A DNA stretch of 63,944 nucleotides, counting the filler, from an uncultured bacterium (GTDB lineage: Bacteria > CAYJOG01): the NCBI GenBank assembly GCA_964371695.1. It is 5 parts of 5 records of this genome, joined end to end, with 100 filler letters (N's around TTAATTAATTAA, not from the genome) between each part and the next. Parts side by side here need not be neighbours in the genome. Positions count along the whole stretch, not along the records: positions 1 to 13,505 come from CAYJOG010000029.1; positions 13,606 to 27,078 come from CAYJOG010000030.1; 3 more parts are not named here. One strand, 5' to 3'. Shown here one piece after another: positions 8,578-17,848 of the stretch. How positions within the stretch are numbered: the first letter of the stretch is position 1; each line of letters begins with the position of its first letter. The position numbers were made by a program, and so were the translations under genes. Below the pieces are notes generated by a model. That model did not search any database. It was given only the letters and a program-made list of their open reading frames with translations, and had not been told where the DNA came from.

Positions 8578-10560
8578 ATGTCCCTGACTCCTTCCCAACG
8601 CCAAACCCTGCTTGTCCTGGCCCAGGCCATGATTCCGGCGGGGGTACACGTGAAGCCCTTTGGCCAGGAGAGCCTGGACAGGCTGGAGCAGCAGTTGGGC
8701 GTTTTGCCCGAAGTGGAAAGCAATGCCTTTGGCGTGATGCTGCAAATTGTAGAGAAAGCCGCCATTCCCGTGCTGGGGCGGTCGCTTTCTGGCGCGAGCA
8801 CCGAGCAGGCGGGCAAACTGCTGGATTTCATTTTTGACAACAACGCCGCGCTGCGCGCCCTGCTGCGCATGTTGGCCGCGCCCATCAAGCTGGCGCACTT
8901 CGACAACAAAGAAGCCTTTGACGCCTACGGCGCGGGTTATCGCTGCGCCAGCGTAAAAGACGAACCCGCCCCCTGGCTGGCCAGTGTGTACACCCCCGAA
9001 AGCTGGAGCGAAGAGGAACTGGAATGCGACGTGGTGGTGGTGGGCAGCGGCGCGGGGGGCGCGGTGATGGCCAAGGAACTGGCCGAGCGCGGCCTGGCGG
9101 TGTTGATTGTAGAAAGCGGCCCCCTGCACCGGCGCGAGCAGTTCAACGGCCCCATCGTGAACACCCTCAAAGACCTTTTCGTGAACGCGGGCACCAACAC
9201 CACACTGGGGCTGCCGGTGGTGGCGCTGCCGGTGGGCCGCTCGGTGGGGGGCAGCACCACCATCAATTCCGGCACCTGTCTGGTGCCCCCCGAAAGCCTG
9301 TTCGCCGAGTGGCGCAAAGATCTTGGCCTGCCTTTTACCCGCGACATGCTGGACCCTTTTTATGACCGTGTGTCGGGCGTGATGCAGGTGGAGCCAGCGA
9401 AGCAGCCGTGGATTGGCCGGGTGGGGGACATTATTGCCCAGGGCTGCGACGCGCTGGGGTTTGAACACCATGGCCCGCTGCCCCGCAACGCGCCCTCCTG
9501 CGATGGTCAGGGCACCTGCTGTTTTGGTTGCCCCACCGACGCCAAACGCAGCACCAACGTCAGCTACATTCCCATGGCGCTCAGGGCCGGGGCCACGCTG
9601 TTGTCCGGCTTTGAAGTGAAACACCTGCACACCCGCAAGGGCCGGGCCACGGGCCTCACGGCCCATGGCCGCACGCAAGACGGCCACACCCGCAAGGTGC
9701 GGGTGCATGCGCGCTCGGTGGTGGTGAGCGGCGGCACACTGTTCACGCCGCTGCTGCTGGATAAAAACGGCATGGGGCGCGAAAGCGGCTGGCTGGGGCG
9801 CAACCTGTCCATTCACCCGGCGGTGTCGGCCATCGCCATCATGCAGGATGAAGTGCGGGGATATAACGGCATTCCCCAGGGTTATGGCGTGGATGAGTTC
9901 AAGGACGAAGGCATCATGCTGGAGGGCGGCTTCATGCCCCTGCAACTCATGGCGCTCACCCTCAGCCCCTATGGCCCGCGCTACACCAGCCTCATGGACC
10001 GCTACAACCACATGGCCATTTTCGCGGGCATGATCAAGGACACCTGCCGCGGGCGCGTGGTGGCCGACCCGGCGGGACAGCCCCGTGCGTTCTATCAGCT
10101 CAACCAGCGCGACCTGAAATCCCTCACCAAAGTGTTGCACCACCTGGTGGACATCTTTCACGCGGCGGGGGCCATTGAGGTGTATCCGCAGATTGGCCGC
10201 TGGCCCCGTCTGCAAACCGCCAGGGACATCGTGCGGTTCAAGACCTATCAACCGGCGCGCCTGGATTTTGAAGTCAACGCCTTTCACCCCCTGGGCACGG
10301 CGCGCCTGGGGGCAGACCCTAAAAACAGCGTGGTGGGGCCAAATCACGAACTGCACCACGTCAAACATCTCTATGTGGCCGATGGCTCCTGTGTGCCGTC
10401 GTCGTTGGGGGTGAATCCGCAGATGACCATCATGGCCCTGGCCACGCGGGCGGCGGGTCTGCTGGCCGACCGTCTGGAAGACGAAGACCGTTTCAAGTTG
10501 TCGGGCAACCAGACCCAACACGGCCACAACGGCTCGGTGGGTTCCAAACTGGCGGTGTAA
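8578..10560 (+). CDS. GMC family FAD oxidoreductase
   Basis: DVVVVGSGAGG, VGGSTTINSG, CxGxGxCCFGC, HPLGTARLG, LYVADGS..P..LGVNPQMTIMALA. Confidence 0.93.
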   Translation: MSLTPSQRQTLLVLAQAMIPAGVHVKPFGQESLDRLEQQLGVLPEVESNAFGVMLQIVEKAAIPVLGRSLSGASTEQAGKLLDFIFDNNAALRALLRMLAAPIKLAHFDNKEAFDAYGAGYRCASVKDEPAPWLASVYTPESWSEEELECDVVVVGSGAGGAVMAKELAERGLAVLIVESGPLHRREQFNGPIVNTLKDLFVNAGTNTTLGLPVVALPVGRSVGGSTTINSGTCLVPPESLFAEWRKDLGLPFTRDMLDPFYDRVSGVMQVEPAKQPWIGRVGDIIAQGCDALGFEHHGPLPRNAPSCDGQGTCCFGCPTDAKRSTNVSYIPMALRAGATLLSGFEVKHLHTRKGRATGLTAHGRTQDGHTRKVRVHARSVVVSGGTLFTPLLLDKNGMGRESGWLGRNLSIHPAVSAIAIMQDEVRGYNGIPQGYGVDEFKDEGIMLEGGFMPLQLMALTLSPYGPRYTSLMDRYNHMAIFAGMIKDTCRGRVVADPAGQPRAFYQLNQRDLKSLTKVLHHLVDIFHAAGAIEVYPQIGRWPRLQTARDIVRFKTYQPARLDFEVNAFHPLGTARLGADPKNSVVGPNHELHHVKHLYVADGSCVPSSLGVNPQMTIMALATRAAGLLADRLEDEDRFKLSGNQTQHGHNGSVGSKLAV

Positions 10561-10565
10561 AAAAT

Positions 10566-10676
10566 GAAAGCAGAAAGTTGGAGGTTGGTGGTTGGAAGCA
10601 AGAAGTTGGAGGCTGGAAGCAAGAAGTTGGAGCTGGAAGCAAGAAGTTGGAGCTGGAAGCAAGAAGTTGGAGCTGG
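10566..10676 (+). repeat. Short tandem repeat (20-bp unit GGAAGCAAGAAGTTGGAGCT, about 4 copies, heptamer-based)
   Basis: Directly visible with no spacers; related NNNTTGG heptamers at 20097-20150. Confidence 0.9.
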
Positions 10677-10690
10677 TTAAAGAAAAGCCC

Positions 10691-10865
10691 CATCGTTCCC
10701 TCTCCTCTTTGGGGAGAGGGTGGTCCGTAGGACCGGGTGAGGGGTCAAACAAAAAAACCTCACCGGAGTAGCGGCGGTGTCCTCACCAAAGAAAACTGGT
10801 AGAAGAGGCATCCTGCCTGTGGGCGTGCCCAGCGGCGCGACAGCGCCGGGGTTCAAACAAAAAGC
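10691..10865. repeat. Repeat mosaic: CCCTCTCC/GGGAGAGGG element (family C), GAGTAG REP, and a module shared in inverted orientation with 25432-25473
   Basis: CATCGTTCCCTCTCC..GGGGAGAGGGTGGTCCG..GGACCGGGTGAGGGG also at 17689 and 25293. Confidence 0.8.
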
Positions 10866-10892
10866 CCCACCAAACCACGCTACCCTTCCACC

Positions 10893-11552
10893 GTGTTTTC
10901 TCGTCCCCGCATTCAGGCCGTGGCTTTTGATCTGGACGGCACGCTGGTGGATTCCGTGGCGGCCATCACGGCGTCGGTGAACTGGCTTTTTGCGCGCCTC
11001 AAGAAAAAACCGCTCACGCAGGCCCAGGTGGCCCAGGCGGTGGGGGAGGGAGCACGCACGCTTTTCAACCGACTGATGGTGGGCGACCCCCGGCAGCACG
11101 ACGACCGGCTTTTTGAAACGTTCATCAACCACTACACCCGCACCAGCCCAGGCCGCACGCCATTTTTCCCCCACGCCAAAACCACGCTGGGGGAAATCCG
11201 GCGGCGCGTGCCCGTGGTGCTCTTGACCAACAAACCCCGCGCCGCCACACACGGCCTGCTGCGGGTGCTGGGGGTGACGGACTGGTTCACCCTGGTGCTT
11301 TGTCCCGAAGACGTGCGCCACCGCAAACCGCACCCCGAAAGCCTGCTGGTGGCCGCCGCCACTTTGGGTGTGCCGGTGCAAAACCTGCTCATGACCGGCG
11401 ATGGCAGGCCCGACGCGCTTTGCGCCTTCATGGCGGGCACACCGCTTTTGGCCTGCACCTTTGGTTATGGCGGCAAGGGATTTCACCAACCCATGCCCGC
11501 GCTGGCCGAACTGAACAACTGGCGGGATTTTCCGTTGGGGTGGTTGGGGTAA
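10893..11552 (+). CDS. HAD-IA hydrolase, phosphoglycolate phosphatase-like
   Basis: FDLDGTLVDS, LTNKP, RKPHPE, GDG..D. Confidence 0.88.
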   Translation: MFSRPRIQAVAFDLDGTLVDSVAAITASVNWLFARLKKKPLTQAQVAQAVGEGARTLFNRLMVGDPRQHDDRLFETFINHYTRTSPGRTPFFPHAKTTLGEIRRRVPVVLLTNKPRAATHGLLRVLGVTDWFTLVLCPEDVRHRKPHPESLLVAAATLGVPVQNLLMTGDGRPDALCAFMAGTPLLACTFGYGGKGFHQPMPALAELNNWRDFPLGWLG

Positions 11553-11557
11553 TCGCC

Positions 11558-11750
11558 CCCTCTCCCCTTTATGGGGAGAGGATAGTGGTTCGTCTGGTTA
11601 ACAATGAGGAGTAGGTGCGGTGTCACCACNNNNNNNNNNTTTTCTCTTCGTTGTTTATTTTCCTGGCGGGTCGCCCCGCCCCCCCCCCCCCCCCACGACA
11701 GCAGCGATGGGGACATCGCGGCTACGCCCTTCAACTCGGATGAACCAGCA
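11558..11750. repeat. Family C hairpin plus second family B element (contains a 10-N gap)
   Basis: TAGTGGTTCGTCTG..GAGTAGGTGCGGTG..GCAGCGATGGGGACATCGCGGCTAC..CGGATGAACCAG. Confidence 0.75.
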
Positions 11751-11755
11751 GACCC

Positions 11756-13468
11756 TCACAAAAAATCGAAATCGCAGCCCAGGTGGGGGGGCAGCACGTG
11801 TTCGGTGAACAGTTTTTTGTAGCCCCGTGAAAAATGGGCCACGGTGGAAGGCTGGGTGGCGAGAGCCTTGCGCCGCCGGGCCAGTTCCTTTCCGCTCACG
11901 TGTAGTGTGAGTGCGCGGCCCTTCACGTCCACCTCGATTTCGTCGCCATCCTGCACCAGCGCCAGGGGGCCGCCCACGGCGGCTTCCGGGTCGATGTGCA
12001 GCACGGTGGCCCCAAAGGCCGTGCCGCTCATGCGGGCGTCGCTCACGCGCACCATGTCCTTCACGCCCGCCTGGGCCAGTTTTTTGGGAATGGGAATGTA
12101 ACCCGCCTCTGGCATGCCCGGCGCGCCCACAGAGCCGGCGTTTTTGAGCACCAGCACCGCGTTTTCGCTGACGTTGAGTTTGGGGTCGTCCACGCGCCGG
12201 GCCAAGTCGTCGAGGTTTTCAAACACACAGGCGGGGCCACGGTGTTGATGCAGATGGGGGCTGGCGGCGCTCACCTTGAGGATGGCTCCATCCGGCGCGA
12301 GATTGCCCCGCAGCACCACCAGCGTGGGGGCGGGCTTGAGCGGTTTGTCCAAAGGCCGCACCACCGAAGAAGGATGCCCCACGGTGGACACATTTTTCAG
12401 CACGTCGGCCCAGGTCTGGCCGGTGAGCAGGCGCGCGCCGGTGTGCAGGTGTTTTTCGATCTGTTTGAGCAGGGCGGGCAGGCCGCCGCTGGCTTCGAAA
12501 TCTTCCATATATCCCGCGCCGGAGGGCTTGAGGTCCAGCAGCAGGGGAATCTTGCGCCCCAGTCGGTCGTAGTCGTCCAGGCTCAGCTTGACGCCCGCCC
12601 GCCGCGCCACCGCCAGCAGATGAATCACACCATTGGTACTGCCCCCCAGTGCCAGTTGTGTCATCACGGCGTTCTCAAACGATTTTTTGGTGAGCAGGCG
12701 GCTGGGGCGCAGGTCAGCGGCCACCATGCGCACAATCTCCTTGCCGGTTTCCTCGGCGGTGCGCAGGCGGTTTGCGGTGACGGCGGGGGGCGTGGATCCG
12801 CCCGGCAGCATCAGCCCCAATGCCTCGGTGAGGCAGGCCATGGTGCTGGCGGTGCCCATCACCATGCAGGTGCCGCTGGTGGGCACCAGATTGTCTTCCA
12901 CTTCCTGAATCTCCTGGGCGCTCAACTCGCCCGCCCGGTGGCTGGCCCAGAACCGCCGGCAATCGGTGCAGGCCCCCAGGCGCTCGCCCCGCCAGCGGCC
13001 CGTCATCATGCTGCCCGCCGCCACAAAGGCCGCCGGAATATCCGCCGAGGCCGCCGCCATGAGCATGGCGGGCAGGGTTTTGTCGCAGCCCCCCAGCATC
13101 ACCACGCCATCCATGGGCTGGGCGGTGATCAGCTCTTCGGTGGCCATGGCCATGAGGTTGCGGTAGATCATGCTGGTGGGGTTGAGGAACATCTCCCCCA
13201 GCGAAAGGGTGGGGAACTCCAGGGGCAGACCCCCCGCCTGCCACACGCCGCGCTTCACGGCGGCCACGAGTTCCGGGAAATGCCGGTGGCAGTTGTTGAA
13301 CTCGCTGAAGGTGTTGCAGATGCCGATGACGGGCTTGCCCAGGGCCTCGCCAGAGAACCCCATGCTCTTGGCGAAGGCCCGGCGCATATAGGCCGAAAAC
13401 GCTTCGTCGCCATAACTGGTGAGGCCCCGCTCAAGGCCGGTTTTTACAGAGGTTTTCTTTTTGCGCAT
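11756..13468 (-). CDS. IlvD/Edd family dehydratase (dihydroxy-acid or sugar-acid)
   Basis: NNCH, GGCDKT, GTCMVMGTASTM, GGSTN, GNLAPDGAILK, SDARMSGT. Confidence 0.93.
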   Translation of the reverse strand: MRKKKTSVKTGLERGLTSYGDEAFSAYMRRAFAKSMGFSGEALGKPVIGICNTFSEFNNCHRHFPELVAAVKRGVWQAGGLPLEFPTLSLGEMFLNPTSMIYRNLMAMATEELITAQPMDGVVMLGGCDKTLPAMLMAAASADIPAAFVAAGSMMTGRWRGERLGACTDCRRFWASHRAGELSAQEIQEVEDNLVPTSGTCMVMGTASTMACLTEALGLMLPGGSTPPAVTANRLRTAEETGKEIVRMVAADLRPSRLLTKKSFENAVMTQLALGGSTNGVIHLLAVARRAGVKLSLDDYDRLGRKIPLLLDLKPSGAGYMEDFEASGGLPALLKQIEKHLHTGARLLTGQTWADVLKNVSTVGHPSSVVRPLDKPLKPAPTLVVLRGNLAPDGAILKVSAASPHLHQHRGPACVFENLDDLARRVDDPKLNVSENAVLVLKNAGSVGAPGMPEAGYIPIPKKLAQAGVKDMVRVSDARMSGTAFGATVLHIDPEAAVGGPLALVQDGDEIEVDVKGRALTLHVSGKELARRRKALATQPSTVAHFSRGYKKLFTEHVLPPHLGCDFDFL

Positions 13469-13505
13469 CGGGGGAACTTTACCGGAACCCGTCTCAAAAT
13501 ACTTT

Positions 13506-13605
13506 NNNNNNNNNNNNNNNNNNNNNNNNNNNNNNNNNNNNNNNNNNNNTTAATTAATTAANNNNNNNNNNNNNNNNNNNNNNNNNNNNNNNNNNNNNNN
13601 NNNNN
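13506..13605. other. Artificial contig linker (N-TTAATTAATTAA-N)
   Basis: All-frame stop linker flanked by Ns. Confidence 0.98.
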
Positions 13606-13635
13606 GTCTACATCTATTCTAAAAATGCTCCAGGT

Positions 13636-15042
13636 TCAGTTATACCGGAACAGCCCCGCCACCAGATAATCCTGCCACTGGCGGATGGCTGCGCCGTTTT
13701 CGTGGCCGTTCTGGATGCTCACCACCAGCAGGTGTTTTCCCTTAGCGGTGGTGAGCACGCCACTCAGGCTGCTCACGCCCCGCATGGCCCCGGTTTTGCC
13801 CTTGAAGCGCCCCCGTGCAATGGACGTGTCCCGCGCCGAAAACCGCCGCGCGAGTGTGCCTGATTGCCCCGCGATGGCCAGGGTGTCCACCAGCATGTGT
13901 AAGCCGGGGTCCTGCCACGCCACCAGCCAAGCCCGCCCCAGTTCGCGGGCGCTCATGCGGTTCTGGCGCGACAGGCCGCTGCCATCCATCCACTGCACCG
14001 TCGAAAGCCCCTTGCGGGACAACCACAGGGCCATGCCCCGCCGTGCGCCCGCCAGCCCCGGTGTGCCGCTCAGGCGTGTGCCCAGCAAATGAAAGAGCGT
14101 TTCGGCGGTGAAGTTGTCGCTCTTGTTCATCATGAAGGTGAGGATGGCGCTGAGGGGGGCCGAGCGGAGGCGGGCTACCTCGGCCGCGTCGCCGGGCACG
14201 GCGCTCTTGGTGACCATGGCCCCGGACTCAAATGTGAAACCGGCCTTGGACAGCGCCATCACCAGGGCGTCGGCCAGATACACCGCCGGGTCATCCACGC
14301 TGTAGCGGTCCTTCATCACGCGCCCGGCGCGCCAGCTGCCGGTCACTTTATAAGCGTTGCGTCCCGTCTTGCTCACCGTGGCGGTGCTGCCGCCGCCGCA
14401 GGTCATGAGGTTTTGCAGACTCACCACCCGCTGGGCCGGATAAACCGTGAACTGGGGTTTGCCCCCCGCACATTTGGGGCCAATCTGAAGCTCAAACGAA
14501 TTGGCCTCCAGCGTGGCGGCGCTGGCGACGGGGGCGTAGAACCACACCAGGTCCTCGGCCTCCCACTCCGGCGGGCGTCCGTCGCTGGGCAAAAGGGCGT
14601 CGTTCACCACCACGCGGGACAGGCGGCTGACGCCTTGTTTGCGCAGGGCCGAGAACACGGGGGCCAGCAGGTCCATCACGCTGGGGGTGAACTCACGCCG
14701 CCAGGTGGGGTCTGCCCCCAGGGCCACAAACAACGTGGGGGGACCCCCGGCGGGGCCGGGCACGAGATAAAACGGCGTTTCAAACCGAAAGTTCGGCCCC
14801 AGCATGTCCAGCGCCGCCAGGGCCGTGAGCACCTTGGTGTTGCTGGCAGGGATGAGCTGCTCGGTGTCGGCCACCGCCGTGAGGGGCAGGCCCCTGTCCA
14901 GGTCATAGACCAGAATGCTGTGGCGCACACCTCTCACAGTGGGGCGGGCGGCCATTTCCTGCACGTTGAATGCCTGGGCTGTGGCGGCAGAAAAAAGGCT
15001 CAGAAGGCAACACAGAAAAATAATTGGCGACGAACGGGGCAT
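13636..15042 (-). CDS. dacB: D-Ala-D-Ala carboxypeptidase/endopeptidase (PBP4, peptidase S13)
   Basis: PASNTK (SxxK), SDN, DGSGLSR, KTG; signal peptide; start uncertain. Confidence 0.92.
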   Translation of the reverse strand: MPRSSPIIFLCCLLSLFSAATAQAFNVQEMAARPTVRGVRHSILVYDLDRGLPLTAVADTEQLIPASNTKVLTALAALDMLGPNFRFETPFYLVPGPAGGPPTLFVALGADPTWRREFTPSVMDLLAPVFSALRKQGVSRLSRVVVNDALLPSDGRPPEWEAEDLVWFYAPVASAATLEANSFELQIGPKCAGGKPQFTVYPAQRVVSLQNLMTCGGGSTATVSKTGRNAYKVTGSWRAGRVMKDRYSVDDPAVYLADALVMALSKAGFTFESGAMVTKSAVPGDAAEVARLRSAPLSAILTFMMNKSDNFTAETLFHLLGTRLSGTPGLAGARRGMALWLSRKGLSTVQWMDGSGLSRQNRMSARELGRAWLVAWQDPGLHMLVDTLAIAGQSGTLARRFSARDTSIARGRFKGKTGAMRGVSSLSGVLTTAKGKHLLVVSIQNGHENGAAIRQWQDYLVAGLFRYN

Positions 15043-15101
15043 GGGCACGGAATACCGCCCGGCCATGGTAACAAAAAGTGGTGTAGCCGTTGCGCGCTCT
15101 C

Positions 15102-15516
15102 TCAATCCATCAGTTCGGTGTCGTCGTGGGAATAGGCGGGGGCGCAGCAGCAGAGAAAACGCAGGTCTTCCGGGCCAGTGTTGGTGATGGTGTGGCGCGT
15201 GCCGGGCAGGATGATGACCGTGTCGCCCACGGCCACGTCAAACGATTCTTCGCCCAGTGTCATGCGGCCCTGGCCGTGGGTGATGTGATGCAGCTCTTCG
15301 GTGACATGGTGCCGGTGGGGCTGTGTGCTCAGGGTCGGCGGGACATGGATGTCCCGCCATAAAACCGAAGTGTTGAAAACACGCAGGTTTTTGGGTGCGG
15401 GCATCCATGCCCGCAAGAGCCTGTTTTTCGTGCGCCTGCTCAACATGGCGCACTGTATAAAACAGGCTCCTGGTGACAAACGGCTCGGCCTGGGCATAGG
15501 TGGTTCGGGATACCAT
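15102..15516 (-). pseudogene. Cupin protein disrupted by a repeat/MITE insertion
   Basis: N-terminus MVSRTTYAQAEPFVT and cupin core HRHHVTEE...PGTRHTITNTG...CCCAPAYSHDDT lie in different frames, separated by 15337-15469. Confidence 0.8.
15337..15469. mobile_element. Family E MITE-derived insertion
   Basis: GAGCCTGTTTT..AAAACAGGCTC (15417-15469) plus CATGGATG hairpins around AAAACCGAAGTGTTGAAAACAC, shared with 44290-44462. Confidence 0.8.
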
Positions 15517-15521
15517 CTCGG

Positions 15522-16451
15522 TCACTCGTTGGGGATGTTCTCGCCGACCCTTTTCTGTTCCAGGCTGTTCCAGACTTCAAACTCGCCAGACCACGGGGCC
15601 ACGCCGGGTGTTTTTTCCATGGCGGCCTCCCTGGCTTTGCATTTTTTGTCGGTGGCGTCGTCATAGGGCGCAAACACAAGCCCCACCGACTTGATGGTGG
15701 CCCAGTAACGGGCCAGGGATTTTTCCTGCCGCACGTTGGTCATGAACTTCATGAAACTGGTGCGTGTTGCAGGCGGCACCCTGGGGCTGGCCATGACATA
15801 AGACGGACACACAAAGTTGCACTCCAGCCGCCGCAGTTTTTTCACTGGGCCGGGGTTGGTGAGGGTCATCAGGCCCACCGCCCACACGTTGATCAACGCC
15901 CCATCAGCTTCTCCCAGCGAAAGCATATAGGCCAGCGAGCCGTCGTTTTTGGCCCCCTTGAGGGGCTTGAAAAACGCCCCGGGGTTGGCTCTTAGCATCA
16001 GGCCCAGGCGGGTATACCGCACCCCGGAGTCGCGCCGCGTGGCAAAGGGTTTTCCCTTCAGAGACCGCAGCGAGTCATAGGCGCTGCCCTTGTTGACGTA
16101 CACACACTCCCTGGGAGTAGGCTCGTTGAACAGGCCATAGGCGGCAAAAGGTTTGAATCCTTTTTCGCGGGCGACGCTGGAATTGTTCAGCATGATGTCC
16201 ACCTCACCCCGCATCACGGCGGCCTCGGCGGCGTCTTTGTTGGGGAACATTTTCACGGCCACGGGGGTGTTGCGGGTGCTGGAAAAAGCCTGGGCAACGA
16301 TGCGCAGCATGTTCTGCAACTGGGCGAATTCCTGCTTGCTCACGGACTGGTCGTGCCAGATCGCCAGCACATGGGGCCGGGTCTGGGCCGGGGCCGCGCC
16401 ATGCCCCAATAACCCAACAAGCAGAGCCGCCAGCAGGCTTCGGCGCAACAT
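15522..16451 (-). CDS. Periplasmic substrate-binding protein, PhnD/SsuA-like
   Basis: Signal peptide; VYVNKGSAYDSLRSLKGKPFA; GEADGA. Confidence 0.65.
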   Translation of the reverse strand: MLRRSLLAALLVGLLGHGAAPAQTRPHVLAIWHDQSVSKQEFAQLQNMLRIVAQAFSSTRNTPVAVKMFPNKDAAEAAVMRGEVDIMLNNSSVAREKGFKPFAAYGLFNEPTPRECVYVNKGSAYDSLRSLKGKPFATRRDSGVRYTRLGLMLRANPGAFFKPLKGAKNDGSLAYMLSLGEADGALINVWAVGLMTLTNPGPVKKLRRLECNFVCPSYVMASPRVPPATRTSFMKFMTNVRQEKSLARYWATIKSVGLVFAPYDDATDKKCKAREAAMEKTPGVAPWSGEFEVWNSLEQKRVGENIPNE

Positions 16452-16514
16452 GGCGTTACGTTAACACAAGCCCCGAAACCGGTGCAGCCGAATTGATACA
16501 ATCAGGACGATTTT

Positions 16515-16988
16515 TTGAGGGGGATTGGCGTGGCCATCAAAAGGATAGTGATATGGACTCTGTTGCTGACCTGTCTGGGCTTTTCCGGATTGTCACTCCA
16601 TGCCGCCACCGAAAAAATGCCCAAAGCCGAGACCCGCAAGGTCATTCAACTGGTTGCGGCAGACAGGGCTTTTGTGCTGAGCGAGATGCGGGGCATGTTG
16701 GGGGCCGTGCAGAACATTCTGCTGGCGGCGGACAAGGGCGACGCGGCGGCGGTGGCGGCGGCGGCCAAACCCTTTGGCCTGATGGGCGCGCGGGTGGCCG
16801 ACAAAAAGCTGAAGGGTCGCCTGCCCATGGATTTCATGCGCATGGGTCTGGGCATGCACCAGTTGTTCGACAAACTGGCCGCCGACGCCAAAACAAAAAA
16901 AGACCCCCGCCATACCACCCGTCAGGTGGCCGAGTTGCTGGGCCACTGCACCGCCTGCCACGCGGTGTTCGCCCTGCAAGAGAAGTAA
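16515..16988 (+). CDS. Cytochrome c (class II / c'-like)
   Basis: Signal peptide, helical body, C-terminal CTACH. Confidence 0.8.
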   Translation: MRGIGVAIKRIVIWTLLLTCLGFSGLSLHAATEKMPKAETRKVIQLVAADRAFVLSEMRGMLGAVQNILLAADKGDAAAVAAAAKPFGLMGARVADKKLKGRLPMDFMRMGLGMHQLFDKLAADAKTKKDPRHTTRQVAELLGHCTACHAVFALQEK

Positions 16989-17036
16989 ACCCCTCTCCTT
17001 GCCACAGCCCGCTGGCGGGCCTACCATTGTTCCCCC

Positions 17037-17570
17037 ATGGCCGAAGAAGAAACGCGAAACAAGACCTTCGCCGAAACCCAGCTGGTGACATTCACCCTGG
17101 GCGAAGAGGAATACGGCGTACACATCATGCAGGTGCAGGAGATCATCAAGTTCAAGGAAATGACCAAGGTGCCCCGCAGCCCCGACTTTGTGAAGGGCGT
17201 GATTGACCTGCGTGGCACGGTGATCGCCGTGATCGACCTGCGCGAAAAGTTTGGCCTGTTGCAGCGCCCGGTAGACAAACACACCCGCATCATCATTGTG
17301 GAGAGCACGTCTCCCGAAGGGCAAAAATCGGTGCTGGGGCTGATTGTGGACCGCGTGAACGAAGTGCGCCGTGTACACAACAGCCAGATTGATCCGCCGC
17401 CGGGCATTGTGGCGGGCATCAGCAGCGAGTTTCTCAAGGGCGTGGCCCGGCTGGACGAATCGGGCAAACACCTGCTCATCATCATTGACCTGGACAAGGT
17501 GCTGAGCACCCACGAGGTGATCCGCCTGCAGAACTTCCAGGGCCAGGGCGAGCCGGTGGCGGCGGGCTGA
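17037..17570 (+). CDS. cheW: Chemotaxis coupling protein CheW
   Basis: QLVTFTLGEEEYG..VQEII..VKGVIDLRG..GLIVDRVNEV. Confidence 0.93.
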   Translation: MAEEETRNKTFAETQLVTFTLGEEEYGVHIMQVQEIIKFKEMTKVPRSPDFVKGVIDLRGTVIAVIDLREKFGLLQRPVDKHTRIIIVESTSPEGQKSVLGLIVDRVNEVRRVHNSQIDPPPGIVAGISSEFLKGVARLDESGKHLLIIIDLDKVLSTHEVIRLQNFQGQGEPVAAG

Positions 17571-17688
17571 GAAGAAGCCTGTTGCGGATTTGTATTTGAG
17601 CAGATCAAACCGAACAGCCAGTGATTTTTTGCAAGTCGGGCGGGCAGGAGCGGCTTTACGTTTTCATGTTCCTGAGAAAAACAGGAAA

Positions 17689-17848
17689 CATCGTTCCCTC
17701 TCCCCTTTGGGGAGAGGGTGGTGCGAAGCACCGGGTGAGGGGCGAAATGTGGACAAAAAATCCAAAAAGAAATTTGGTTTTTTTGCCTTTTGTTGAACCC
17801 CTCACCCGTCCCTTCGGGCCACCCTCTCCCCGTAAAGGGGAGAGGGGA
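17689..17848. repeat. Inverted pair of family C elements
   Basis: CCCTCTCCCC..GGGGAGAGGG..GGTGAGGGG and reverse copy CCCCTCACCCG..CCCTCTCCCC..GGGGAGAGGGG. Confidence 0.85.

Noticed and set aside
13506-13605. TTAATTAATTAA motifs (4 copies) as biological repeats, and any gene linkage across them
   Set aside because: They are concatenation linkers flanked by Ns, so neighbouring contigs are not known to be adjacent
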